Below are positions 21,153 through 30,863 of a stretch of DNA of 64,000 bases, piece by piece. Source of the stretch: an uncultured Desulfovibrionaceae bacterium (GTDB lineage Bacteria > Bacillota > Dethiobacteria > DTU022 > UBA8154); assembly GCA_964603615.1 (NCBI GenBank), contig CAZRVU010000002.1, forward strand, positions 9,677 to 73,676, written 5' to 3'. The translations under genes were made by a program, and so were the position numbers. Under the pieces are notes generated by a model. That model did no database searches. It had not been told where the DNA came from and saw nothing but the letters and a program-made list of their open reading frames with translations. The number at the start of each line of letters is the position of its first letter. The stretch's first letter is position 1.

Positions 21153-22019
21153 CTATAAAAAGGTGAGCAGTGCCTCGCGTATCATTTTTGCTCCCAATAA
21201 AGCTGTAATCTGTGCCTGGTCATGGGGCGGGCAGATCTCAACCAGATCAAAAGCAACTATCTGCTCCTTGTAATCCTCCAACAAACTAAAAACCTCCAGC
21301 AGTTCTCCCGGGAAAATGCCCCCCGGTTCCGGGGCAGCTACGCCCGGAGCAAAAGCCGGATCGATTACATCTAGATCCAAACTAATATACAAAGCAATAT
21401 CTTTCAAAAGGGGCAAGGTTCTTTGGAGGGGCTCCACCAAAGAAAAAAATGATATTGCACCTTCCTGCAATCCGGCTAGCTCCTCTCTTTCGGCCGAACG
21501 CACCCCAAACTGGTAAAGGGTTACCCCGGCCAACTGCTGCAGAAGATAAGCCACGGAGGCATGGGAAACAGCCACCCCCCGGTAGGCAGGGCGTCTGTCG
21601 GCGTGGGCATCCATCATTATTACAGCCATCTCACGGTGTACTGCCAGAGATCCCTTTACGGCTCCAAAAGTCAGCGTGTGTTCGCCACCGATCAAAAAAG
21701 GTTTTTTTCCCCGTTTTAAGAGGTAATCAACACTGGCAGCGATCGTATCTAACGATGAAACGGTATCCCCGGGCGGCAAAACGAGATCACCGGCATCATA
21801 AAAAGACAGGTCTCTTAAATCTTTTTGACGATAGATGCTGTACTCCTCCAGTGCTTGGGAGGCAGCACGCACGGCCAGCGGGGCAAACCGGCTCCCCGGC
21901 CGGAATGAACTCGTATCGTCCAAAGGAACGCCTAAAATTACCCCCTCGCCTGCCCTGCTATTATCCGCAGCCAGAAAGGCTCCTGCGTTTTCTGTTGGAG
22001 GGAACCCTGCTAAGCTCAA
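21153..22019 (-). CDS. speB: Agmatinase (arginase/ureohydrolase family)
   Basis: GGEHTLTFG, DAHADRR and SLDLDVIDPAFAPGV, the Mn-binding arginase-fold motifs; downstream of speE. Confidence 0.85.
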   Translation of the reverse strand: MSLAGFPPTENAGAFLAADNSRAGEGVILGVPLDDTSSFRPGSRFAPLAVRAASQALEEYSIYRQKDLRDLSFYDAGDLVLPPGDTVSSLDTIAASVDYLLKRGKKPFLIGGEHTLTFGAVKGSLAVHREMAVIMMDAHADRRPAYRGVAVSHASVAYLLQQLAGVTLYQFGVRSAEREELAGLQEGAISFFSLVEPLQRTLPLLKDIALYISLDLDVIDPAFAPGVAAPEPGGIFPGELLEVFSLLEDYKEQIVAFDLVEICPPHDQAQITALLGAKMIREALLTFL

Positions 22020-22198
22020 TATACTACCCCACCGCCTCTCTCGTCCCGGAAAACCCTGCCAGGGCAGCTCCTCCTGGGAAAAAGGCTGCTCCGGTCTTTA
22101 GATAATATTCTTCTTTCATAACTAGAACCTTAAACTTAGCTATAACCTTGGTTTATCCTCCCGTTTTCAAGCAGGTCTTTCCGGGATAAAGGCAAAAC

Positions 22199-23026
22199 CT
22201 AATCATCTAACAGTTCCTGCACAAAACGCGGCAGGGAAAAAGAACTTTTATGAATCTGTGGCGTGTAATACCTGGTGCCTCCCGGCAAGAGCTTCCCTTC
22301 CGGTTTTAGGGGATGATAATATTTTGAGCCCAGGGTAAAACTCCAAAGCCCCCCGGGGTAAGTGGGAACCGGTGCCAGGTAAAGATGGGTATGGGGGAAA
22401 ACCGCCTTGATCCGGCGGAAAACAGTGCGAATAAGCTCCGCATTCAAAAACGGCGACTCGGTCTGCGCTACCAGGATCCCTCCCGGCTTTAAAGCACGGG
22501 ATACCGACTCATAAAAGGAGGAGGCAAAAAGGCCAACCGCAGGCCCGACCGGTTCCGTGGAATCTACGATAATAATATCATACGCCTCCTGCAGGGAACG
22601 GACATATTCAATTCCATCGGCAATTTTGATCTCTAGACGAAAATCTCCTAGTGCAGAGCTGAGCTCCGGTAAAAAGCGTTTGGATGCCTCCACTACCTGA
22701 AGATCAATCTCTGCCAGCGTAATTTTCTCTACCTGCGGGTATTTGCTTATTTCCCGCACGGCGCCGCCATCCCCCCCGCCAATCACTAAAACGGCACGGG
22801 GGTGCGGGTGCGTCCGTAGTGGAATATGCACGATCATTTCATGGTAAACAAATTCATCGGCCACTGTCGCCTGCACCATACCATCAAGCACGAGCATGCG
22901 CCCGTATTGAAAAGTATCCAGAATGGCTATTTCCTGGTAATCTGTCCGTGCCCGGTATAAAGTTTCTTTTATTTTACAGGTGAGCCCTAAATCGGGGGTC
23001 TGCTTTTCTGTAAACCATAGCTCCAT
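22199..23026 (-). CDS. speE: Spermidine synthase
   Basis: MELWFTEKQT..., VLVIGGGDGGAVREISKY and DIIIVDSTEP. Start set at MELWF with RBS GGAGG 9 nt upstream; the ORF extends to 23104. Confidence 0.9.
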   Translation of the reverse strand: MELWFTEKQTPDLGLTCKIKETLYRARTDYQEIAILDTFQYGRMLVLDGMVQATVADEFVYHEMIVHIPLRTHPHPRAVLVIGGGDGGAVREISKYPQVEKITLAEIDLQVVEASKRFLPELSSALGDFRLEIKIADGIEYVRSLQEAYDIIIVDSTEPVGPAVGLFASSFYESVSRALKPGGILVAQTESPFLNAELIRTVFRRIKAVFPHTHLYLAPVPTYPGGLWSFTLGSKYYHPLKPEGKLLPGGTRYYTPQIHKSSFSLPRFVQELLDD

Positions 23027-23136
23027 TTTATTGCCTCCGCCAGCGATCAAAAATTTGCCCGTATTTTTTCCTTCCATCACATCTTCCGCAGATTTCCCGC
23101 ACATTTCCCGGAGATCTTCCGCCTGCGCCCTTACCT

Positions 23137-23643
23137 TTACCAGAGGGCCACCAGGGCAATTGCCGCCCCGGCTTTCTCCACCCTGTGCTCGATGCTTTTT
23201 ATTTTCATCCCTTTTAAGGGCAGGCCGCGATTTGAAAATGCCTCTACGAGCATTGCCTCTACCTTGGCCCGGGCCGTCTCTGCAGGACAGGATCCGGCAT
23301 GTTCCATGATCACCCCAAAGCTCTCTTCAGTAAAACCGATCCCCACCGCAGCGGCGATGCGCTCCCCCTTTATTTCACTGGAGACTGCCCCGTAAGCAGT
23401 GGGTACAAAAGAGCCGGGCGGAAAATTGATCCCGTTTTCTGCCTCCCGGCAGCCGGGAGGTAGAATGCTGCTCAACCTGACCAGATTTACATTACCGAGA
23501 CCGGCTTTCAAAAGAGCTGCATCAAATGCTGTTAAAGCATGATCGGCTCCTGCTGCTGCCGCGACGATCATAAAACGTTGTGGTTGGACAAGTTTCACCG
23601 GGCCACCTCTTTCCATTTCCTTGAATTTGGGTATAAAGGACAA
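23137..23643 (-). CDS. pdaD: Pyruvoyl-dependent arginine decarboxylase
   Basis: 168 aa; aligns with M. jannaschii PdaD including the self-cleavage site VNLVRLSS|ILPP (Ser-Ser) and the C-terminus VEKAGAAIALVALW. Confidence 0.8.
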   Translation of the reverse strand: MSFIPKFKEMERGGPVKLVQPQRFMIVAAAAGADHALTAFDAALLKAGLGNVNLVRLSSILPPGCREAENGINFPPGSFVPTAYGAVSSEIKGERIAAAVGIGFTEESFGVIMEHAGSCPAETARAKVEAMLVEAFSNRGLPLKGMKIKSIEHRVEKAGAAIALVALW

Positions 23644-23886
23644 GCCAGTTGCTTATGCAAATATACTGGAGCAATTATAACAAAATGTGCCCTAAAAATA
23701 AACAAGGGATCGGCCCGGATTCATTAATTTTATAAATGTTTTTCATAAAATAAAAAAGGTAACTGCTTTCGGACCAGCCTGTGTAGTGTGTAAAACCTTG
23801 GAACAATCGTTTTATCTATTTTCGATGGCCACAATCTGTAACATCCTGTTGTTGAAGTTATGATATACTTGAACAATCACTATCCC

Positions 23887-23950
23887 GAAAACACCAGGCG
23901 TAGGATTTTTAAAACGTATTTGTTAGACAAAACTTGTCCTGGTGTTTTTT
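23887..23950 (+). promoter_or_regulatory. Terminator-like hairpin in the antiporter 5' leader (possible attenuator or riboswitch expression platform)
   Basis: AAAACACCAGG...(38-nt loop)...CCTGGTGTTTTTT ends 14 nt before the antiporter RBS (AAGGAG) and ATG. Two TTGAACAATC direct repeats lie upstream (23800-23875). Confidence 0.4.
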
Positions 23951-23964
23951 AAGGAGTACGGCCA

Positions 23965-25179
23965 ATGGGTAATTTCCCTGGTCAATTTAATAATGCGGCG
24001 TCTGTTCTTTTATCCCTGTCCGCAATTCTGTTCGCCGGGTTTCTGCTCACGCGCCTTACAAAACTTGCAAAATTGCCCAACGTAACCGGTTATATTATAG
24101 CCGGCATCTTAATCGGCCCCTATGTGTTAAATATAATTCCTGGCGAAATAATTGAAAAAGCGGAATTTATCAGCGATATTGCCCTGGCCTTTATTGCCTT
24201 TGGCGTAGGCCGTTATTTTAAAAAAGAAGTTTTTCTAGAAACAGGTTTTGGTGTCATTGCCATCACTTTGCTGGAATCATTGCTGGCCGGAATATTAGTA
24301 ACCCTATCCATGCATTTTTTCTTCCATTTGAATTGGGATTTTTGTTTGCTTTTGGGGGCAATTGCAACGGCAACAGCACCCGCCAGCACGATGGTTACTA
24401 TTCGCCAATATCGTGCCCATGGAAATTTTGTAAATATCTTACTGCAAGTCGTTGCCTTTGATGATGCAGTATGTCTTATCGTCTTTAGCACAGCCATCGC
24501 TATCATCAATGCCGATACCACAGCAAATATTTCTTTTTCTGAAATCGCATTGCCTTTGGTTTACAATATTGGCGCTCTGGTCATGGGCTTTGCTAGCGGT
24601 GCTATACTAAGCAAGCTGATTACCCCCAAAAGGCATGAAGATAACCGGCTGATCCTGACAATTTCATTACTTTTAGGTATTACAGGCTTATGTGCCGCGG
24701 TAGAGGTTTCACCTTTGCTGGCCTGTATAGTTTTTGGCACCACTTATATCAACATGACTAAAAACAGAAAGCTATACAAGCAGATCGAAAGATTTACCCC
24801 GCCAATTTTAGCGGTGTTTTTTGTAGTTTCGGGAATGAGCCTGGATATGAACTCCTTAAACACCTTGGGAATAGTAGGCACTTCTTATTTTATAATCCGC
24901 ATTGCGGGTAAATATTTTGGCGCTTATTTGGGCTGCGTGCTGGCTAAAACAACAAAAGCTGTGCGTAATTATTTGGGGTTAGCCCTGATCCCCCAGGCCG
25001 GTATAGCCATTGGCCTTGCCTTTTTAGGCAAAAGAGTGCTGCCCGCTGCGATGGGCAACAGCCTGCTGGCGATAATACTATCCTCTTCGGTTTTATATGA
25101 GCTGATTGGTCCGGCAAGCGCTAAAATAGCGCTGCTCTATTCGGGTTCAATTAAAAAAAATGAACGGTTCAAACTATGA
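23965..25179 (+). CDS. Cation:proton antiporter (CPA/Na+-H+ exchanger family)
   Basis: 404 aa, about 12 TM helices; N-terminal region similar to KefB/NapA-type exchangers (TGYIIAGILIGPYVLNII). Confidence 0.75.
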   Translation: MGNFPGQFNNAASVLLSLSAILFAGFLLTRLTKLAKLPNVTGYIIAGILIGPYVLNIIPGEIIEKAEFISDIALAFIAFGVGRYFKKEVFLETGFGVIAITLLESLLAGILVTLSMHFFFHLNWDFCLLLGAIATATAPASTMVTIRQYRAHGNFVNILLQVVAFDDAVCLIVFSTAIAIINADTTANISFSEIALPLVYNIGALVMGFASGAILSKLITPKRHEDNRLILTISLLLGITGLCAAVEVSPLLACIVFGTTYINMTKNRKLYKQIERFTPPILAVFFVVSGMSLDMNSLNTLGIVGTSYFIIRIAGKYFGAYLGCVLAKTTKAVRNYLGLALIPQAGIAIGLAFLGKRVLPAAMGNSLLAIILSSSVLYELIGPASAKIALLYSGSIKKNERFKL

Positions 25180-25198
25180 TGTTAAAACCAGACCTAAG

Positions 25199-25262
25199 CT
25201 GGCAACTGCACACACACGGGAAATGATGTTTCGTCAGTGCAGCGCCGGCGCCAGCCTTTTTA
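25199..25262 (+). terminator. Putative intrinsic terminator (imperfect GC hairpin + CTTTTT)
   Basis: GCTGGCAACTGCAC...GTGCAGCGCCGGCGCCAGC followed by CTTTTTATT, in the convergent gap between the antiporter (+) and MBL (-) genes. Confidence 0.4.
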
Positions 25263-25275
25263 TTCCAACCCCCGG

Positions 25276-25902
25276 CTAAAAGGAGCCCGTCAAAAAAGGA
25301 TTATAGCGCCGCTCATCACCAACGGTGGTTGGCGGGCCGTGGCCGGGAAAAACCTCTGTGTCATCGGGATAACTTAAAATTTTTTCCTTAATACTTTGAA
25401 TCAACCCCGGGAAAGATCCTCCCGGAAAATCAGTCCTGCCAATCGAACCGGCAAAAAGAGTATCCCCCACAAAGAGAACCCCGTTAATATCTAACGTAAT
25501 CCCTCCGGGGGAATGCCCGGGTGTTTCCAGCACTTTGATTTTGAGAGTACCCACCTGGAGAAGATCCCCTTCTTTCAAGTAACGATCCGGGGGCGCCGCC
25601 TGCACTCTTTTCCCAAAAAGCACCGAACTGGCCTGGGGGCTGCGGTATCTGGATAGCTCCGCCGCATGAGCCAACAGGGGAACCGTAAAGGTGGCCCTCA
25701 GCTCTTCATTGGAACCGATATGATCGATGTGCGCATGCGTATTTACCACATATTTAACCTGGAGCTTTAAATCCTGCACCCGTTTGATAATCCGCCTCCC
25801 CTCATCCCCGGGATCAATAATCACCGTTTCCCTCGTTTCCGGGCAAGCAACTAGATAACAATTGGTAGCAAAGGGGCCTACTTCTATTCTATCCAAAAGC
25901 AC
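25276..25902 (-). CDS. MBL-fold metallo-hydrolase (glyoxalase II-like)
   Basis: 208 aa; HxHxDH motif (VVNTHAHIDHIGSNEE) plus downstream His/Asp ligands. Confidence 0.8.
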   Translation of the reverse strand: MLLDRIEVGPFATNCYLVACPETRETVIIDPGDEGRRIIKRVQDLKLQVKYVVNTHAHIDHIGSNEELRATFTVPLLAHAAELSRYRSPQASSVLFGKRVQAAPPDRYLKEGDLLQVGTLKIKVLETPGHSPGGITLDINGVLFVGDTLFAGSIGRTDFPGGSFPGLIQSIKEKILSYPDDTEVFPGHGPPTTVGDERRYNPFLTGSF

Positions 25903-26215
25903 TTTAACGCCTTTTCCTGTCTAGAGCCTCATCTGTCACAGAAAAAGGCTGCCCTCCTCATCTTATATTTTTCCAGCGCACTGCTTCAAAATTATTTTAG
26001 CAAGCTTTCTTTTAACTCGTTGCTGTGCCGGCAGTTTGGCGTGCCAAGTTGCCGTTGAAACCCATAACGCGACCCGTAGAGATTACGCCGCATCCTATGT
26101 GCTGATTATATCATAAGAAAATTGTTTTTTACCTGAAGTTGCTATTATTTATTGTAAAAAACATCTCCCACCCTTACTGGAGTATGTTATAATTAACAAA
26201 AGAATAAAGGGGGCT

Positions 26216-27193
26216 TTGTCCTTGAAAGAAAACCTGTTAGAAGCAATTGGGAATACCCCTTTAGTAAAGATTAGCCGGCTCAATCCTAACCCCCGGGTAA
26301 CTATAGCAGTAAAACTGGAGGCTACAAACCCTGGTGGAAGCGTTAAAGACAGAATTGCATATTATATGATCACTATGGCGGAAAAATCTGGCGAGCTGAC
26401 CAAAGATAAAATTATTCTAGAGCCAACCAGCGGCAATACCGGCATAGGACTGGCCCTGGTTGCTGCAGTCAGGGGGTACCGCCTGGTCGTCACCATGTCC
26501 GAATGGATGAGCGAAGAACGGCGTAAAATACTAGAAGCATTTGGAGCAGACATCATTTTAACCCCGGGTGAAAAAGGCACGGATGGAGCTATCGAAGAAG
26601 CCCACCGGCTTCACTCCCAAAACCCCGAACGCTATTATATGCCCAACCAGTATAATAATCGCAGCAACGCCCTGGCCCATTATGAAACTACAGCCCCCGA
26701 AATCTGGAAACAAACTAAAGGTAAGCTAACTCATTTTATAGCAGGAATGGGGACAACAGGAACCCTCATGGGTTGTTCACGACGCTTAAAAGAGCTCAAC
26801 CCCAAAATACAAATAATTGGCGTTGAGCCTTACAAAAGTCACAAAATCCAGGGTTTAAAAAATATGGAGGAAGCACTCGTCCCGGATCTGTACGATCCCT
26901 CTTTAATCGACGAAAAGATAAATATCTCCGATGAGGATGCTTTTTCCATGACAAAACGGCTGGCCAGGGAAGAAGGTATTTTCTCTGGCATGAGCGCCGG
27001 TGCAGCTTTTCATGTCGCTGTAGAGCTGGCCAAAAAGCTTGAAGAAGGTTTAATCGTAACCCTGCTTCCGGACCGGGGCGAAAAATATATGTCCACTCCA
27101 TTGTACTGTTTGAAACCCTGCGAGTACAGAAGTGAGCTCTGTGTCATTAAAGAATTGGCCCAAAAACATGTGGATTCAAATGTGTTGCCCTAG
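26216..27193 (+). CDS. Cysteine synthase family PLP-dependent enzyme (CysK/CysM-like)
   Basis: PLP-lysine motif NPGGSVKDRIA and the glycine loop GMGTTGTL; global similarity to CysK. Extra C-terminal Cys-containing tail (CLKPCEYRSELC). The start may be the TTG at 26222. Confidence 0.8.
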   Translation: MSLKENLLEAIGNTPLVKISRLNPNPRVTIAVKLEATNPGGSVKDRIAYYMITMAEKSGELTKDKIILEPTSGNTGIGLALVAAVRGYRLVVTMSEWMSEERRKILEAFGADIILTPGEKGTDGAIEEAHRLHSQNPERYYMPNQYNNRSNALAHYETTAPEIWKQTKGKLTHFIAGMGTTGTLMGCSRRLKELNPKIQIIGVEPYKSHKIQGLKNMEEALVPDLYDPSLIDEKINISDEDAFSMTKRLAREEGIFSGMSAGAAFHVAVELAKKLEEGLIVTLLPDRGEKYMSTPLYCLKPCEYRSELCVIKELAQKHVDSNVLP

Positions 27194-27224
27194 TTCACAT
27201 CTACATCTACGTCTGCTTTGGCTT

Positions 27225-28733
27225 TTATTCATTTTGCAGTAAATAACGTTTGAAATTGAAAACTTTGCGGAAATGGTGCCCGTAGACAGCAAAAGTGATT
27301 GCTTCCGGCAGAAACCGCGGGTATTTAATCAGGGTCTGAAAAAGCAACTTCCAGTAATAACGGCGCCCTTTTTCCTTGACCCCCAGGACATACATCGACT
27401 GGAAAAGGGCCCTGGCATAGCTAAAACGGAGCGTAGAAAGACCACGCTTGTAAACAGGTTTAAACTCCTTAAAAAATTCTAGAACACGGGCATAATAGTG
27501 CTGCGGTTCATAAATGGTCGTAACGATCTTCTGATACCCTTCCAAAAGCTTTTGCATATTCATCTTGGGAATAAAATTGGTGCTTAGATCTGTGTTGCTA
27601 CCGCTGAAACTAGGATCTGACAGCAAGCGTTTTTCTTTTTTTAGGCGCTTAAATAACCTCGTTCCCACCGGGGCCTGCAGCAAGCCCACCATCGCTGTAA
27701 CGATCCCGCTTCTTTGGATAAAATTGATCTGCCTCTCAAAGATTGAAGGCGTATCGTTATCGAACCCCACGATAAACCCGCCGCTGACCTGCATCCCAAA
27801 ATTTTGGATCTTCTTCACGCAGGCAATCATATCCCGGTTAACATTTTGAAACTTATTGCACTCTTTTAGGCTGTATTCGTCAGGTGTTTCAATGCCCACA
27901 AAGACAGAGATAAATCCCGCCTTTTGCATCATCAACATCAGTTCTTCGTCGTCGGCCAGGTTAATCGAAGCCTCCGTGATATACCAGAAAGGATTTTTGT
28001 GTTTTTCCATCCAACCGATCATTGCTGGCAGAATCTCCCGCTTGAGGTGAACTTTATTACCAATAAAATTATCATCAACAATAAAAACACCGCCCCGCCA
28101 ACCTTGGGCATAAAGGGCTTCTAGCTCGCGTAGGACATGTACGGCCCCCTTTAGGCGGGTTTTATGTCCAAATAAAGCGGTAATATCGCAAAATTCACAG
28201 TCATAAGGGCAGCCACGGGAAAACTGCACATTCATCGTTGCATAATCCCGCAGGTTGATTAATTCCCACAGCGGCACCGGCGTTTTATCCAACAGGGGTC
28301 GCTCCGTTGTAGTATAAACAGGCCTGGGACACCCTTTTTCCAGATCATCCAAAAAAACAGGCAGCGTGACCTCCCCTTCATTAAGGACGAGATGATCCAC
28401 TGCCTCATATTTTTCCGGTTCTGCTGTAAAAAGCGGCCCTCCGGCGATCATCTTTACCCCCAGTTTTTTACAGCGGGCGATCACCTCCCGCACGGACTGC
28501 TGCTGGATGGACATGGCGCTGAGCATGACGTAATCTGCCCATTTCAGATCATCATCCTTAAGTTTATGTACATTCATATCTACCAACTTTTTTTTCCATT
28601 CCTGTGGCAACATAGCAGCAATACTGAGCAACCCCAACGGCGGAAAAGCAGCCTTGAGCCCGATAAACTTTAAAGCGTATTTGAAACACCAAAAAGTTTC
28701 AGAGTACTGCGGATAAACCAACAGAATTTTCAT
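27225..28733 (-). CDS. B12-binding domain radical SAM protein (DUF4070-type C-terminus)
   Basis: N-terminal cobalamin-binding Rossmann region (MKILLVYPQY...), then a CxxxCxxC cluster (FSRGCPYDCEFCDI); 502 aa. Function not assignable. Confidence 0.85.
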   Translation of the reverse strand: MKILLVYPQYSETFWCFKYALKFIGLKAAFPPLGLLSIAAMLPQEWKKKLVDMNVHKLKDDDLKWADYVMLSAMSIQQQSVREVIARCKKLGVKMIAGGPLFTAEPEKYEAVDHLVLNEGEVTLPVFLDDLEKGCPRPVYTTTERPLLDKTPVPLWELINLRDYATMNVQFSRGCPYDCEFCDITALFGHKTRLKGAVHVLRELEALYAQGWRGGVFIVDDNFIGNKVHLKREILPAMIGWMEKHKNPFWYITEASINLADDEELMLMMQKAGFISVFVGIETPDEYSLKECNKFQNVNRDMIACVKKIQNFGMQVSGGFIVGFDNDTPSIFERQINFIQRSGIVTAMVGLLQAPVGTRLFKRLKKEKRLLSDPSFSGSNTDLSTNFIPKMNMQKLLEGYQKIVTTIYEPQHYYARVLEFFKEFKPVYKRGLSTLRFSYARALFQSMYVLGVKEKGRRYYWKLLFQTLIKYPRFLPEAITFAVYGHHFRKVFNFKRYLLQNE

Positions 28734-29076
28734 ATTCTTACCCCTTTTTTAATTCTATGCTATCACATTTTAACAATAAAGTAAAACTATTGCCAATCAC
28801 CGTTTGTTAGCTGACTTTTTATGTCTCCCTGTTGCAACCAGGCTAAAAATAACACGCCAGCAGGAAATGTTTACCCGGGCTGCGAATATCTACTGCAATA
28901 GTATTACATCCGGAACTGCAACTAAGGGGCTACATGCACCAACAAGCTGTAACCTTAAAACGGTTGTTGGCAGGTACCTTCTTCTACGGTGTCAGCACAC
29001 ATAAAGAATTGAAATGAAACCCCAAGTTGCAGTCATGTTACACAGGTCTATATTTAACTATTGGGGAGATGTTGCT

Positions 29077-30186
29077 ATGAAAATTATTGTTTTGGGCGGG
29101 GCTGGTGAAATGGGTTCGGCAACCGTGCGGGATCTACTCGAGTTTACCGATGTACAGCAGGTTACCATTGCCGACTACAACACCGTAGCCGCTGAAAACC
29201 TGGCCTCTGCACTGAGCGACGAGCGCATCGCCGTACAAAAAGTGGATGCTACTTCGCACACCGCCCTGGTCGATATTATGCAGGGGCATGACGCCGCCGC
29301 CGGGGCCTTGGGTCCGTTCTACCGTTTCGAAAAGCCATTGGTAAAAGCAGCCCTTGACGCCGGAGTAGACTATGTGAGTATCTGCGATGATCACGACGCC
29401 GTACAAGCTGTGCTGCCCCTGGACCGGACGGCAACGGCAAAAGGACGCCGGATCCTTACCGGACTGGGCTGGACACCGGGCCTCACCAATATATTGGCAC
29501 GTAAAGGCTATGACGAACTGGAAAACGTGGAAAAAATTAAGATATATTGGGCCGGCAGTGCCGGTGATTCCGCTGGTTTAGCTGTCATCCTGCATACCCT
29601 GCATATTTTCACCGGTAAGGTTGTTTCCTTCAAGGAGGGTGAGCTTATCGAAATTCAAGCCGGCTCGGGGTCTGAAATCGTTGGTTTTCCGGCGCCACTA
29701 GGTAAGGTTACTGTCTTTCACCTGGGCCACCCGGAACCGGTCACCCTGCCGCGTTACCTGCCGGGAGTACGGGAGATTAGCCTCAAGGGAGGTCTGGCTG
29801 AAAACTACCTGCACGCTCTTGCCAAGACAATCGTAGCGCTGGGCTTAACCTCTACGGTTTCCCGCAAGCAAAAGCTAGGCCGGCTCCTGAAAATTGTACT
29901 GCCCCTCTTGCCCACTCCCCAAAAACGCCGCTTTTCGGGAGCAAGGATAGACATCACCGGGATGCGTGGCGGCAGTAAAATCCAGATCACTTATGCAACC
30001 GTTGACCGGATGAAAAGGCTAACCGGGATCCCACTGAGCATCGGTGCCCACCTGCTGGCCCGGGGAAAAATAAAACGCCTGGGCGTCTTCGGCCCGGAGG
30101 CCGAAGGAGCGGTTGATCCTGACGATTTCTTACGGGAGTTAGCCCGCCGCCAGATCAAAATCGAACGCCGGGAAACGATACTTTAG
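29077..30186 (+). CDS. Saccharopine dehydrogenase-like NAD(P)-binding protein
   Basis: MKIIVLGGAGEMGSATVRDL (GxGxxG Rossmann), 369 aa; RBS GGGGAG 7 nt upstream of the ATG at 29077. The ORF opens at 29014. Confidence 0.75.
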   Translation: MKIIVLGGAGEMGSATVRDLLEFTDVQQVTIADYNTVAAENLASALSDERIAVQKVDATSHTALVDIMQGHDAAAGALGPFYRFEKPLVKAALDAGVDYVSICDDHDAVQAVLPLDRTATAKGRRILTGLGWTPGLTNILARKGYDELENVEKIKIYWAGSAGDSAGLAVILHTLHIFTGKVVSFKEGELIEIQAGSGSEIVGFPAPLGKVTVFHLGHPEPVTLPRYLPGVREISLKGGLAENYLHALAKTIVALGLTSTVSRKQKLGRLLKIVLPLLPTPQKRRFSGARIDITGMRGGSKIQITYATVDRMKRLTGIPLSIGAHLLARGKIKRLGVFGPEAEGAVDPDDFLRELARRQIKIERRETIL

Positions 30187-30206
30187 CCGGCCACACAAAC
30201 TGCCTT

Positions 30207-30262
30207 GAACTGCTCAACCGCTCGAACAATACCAGCCGTTCCCGCGGTTGAGCAGTTTTAAT
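30207..30262 (+). terminator. Bidirectional intrinsic terminator
   Basis: A perfect 14-bp stem GAACTGCTCAACCGC / GCGGTTGAGCAGTT with a T-rich tail, between the convergent sacDH-like and rlmH genes. Confidence 0.65.
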
Positions 30263-30280
30263 CATTTTGAGTATTTTTAG

Positions 30281-30751
30281 CTATTTATGATAGGGTTCGC
30301 CCCTGATAATCTTAAAACTGCGATACAGTTGTTCCAACAGGATCAACCGGGCCAGGCGATGGGGAAATGTTAAGGTAGAAAGGGAAAGGCAAAGATCTGC
30401 TTTATTTTTAATTTTTTCGGCTAGCCCCAGGGGCCCGCCAATTATAAAGTCTGCTTTCACTTTTCCGTCAATCAGTTGCTTTGCCAGGTTAGAAGCAAGC
30501 TCCTCGGAAGTCATTGCCCGGCCTTCGGCAGCAAGGGCGATAATCCGGGCACCCTCCCGGGTATTTCTCCAGATAATCTCCGCTTCTTCTTTTAACGCTT
30601 CTCCTTTTTTTTTCCTTTTGGACTCTGGAAGCTCAATTATCTCCAAAGTGCAGTAAGGTTTAAGCCTGATCAAATAGTGCTCCAACCCCATTCGATAAAA
30701 ATGTTCCTTGATCTTGCCCATAGCTAGAATGCGGATATTTATGGAAGGCAC
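30281..30751 (-). CDS. rlmH: 23S rRNA (pseudouridine1915-N3)-methyltransferase RlmH
   Basis: 156 aa SPOUT protein; INIRILAMGKIKEHFYRMGLEHY and the C-terminal knot GGPLGLA...LSLSTLTFPHRLARLILLEQLYR. Confidence 0.85.
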   Translation of the reverse strand: MPSINIRILAMGKIKEHFYRMGLEHYLIRLKPYCTLEIIELPESKRKKKGEALKEEAEIIWRNTREGARIIALAAEGRAMTSEELASNLAKQLIDGKVKADFIIGGPLGLAEKIKNKADLCLSLSTLTFPHRLARLILLEQLYRSFKIIRGEPYHK

Positions 30752-30863
30752 CCCACTTTTCCCTGGAAACTAATACTGCAATATATATATTACCATTTAC
30801 AGGCAAATCCTGGCATTTTAGGGTTTTTGCCTAACCGGGTTCTCCCCACCGGCACTGCTACCT

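Noticed and set aside
27194-27224. CATCTA-CATCTA-CGTCTG direct repeats between the CysK-like and rSAM genes as a regulatory repeat
   Set aside because: Only about 2.5 short units in a 30-bp convergent gap between two stop codons. There is no hairpin and no obvious function.
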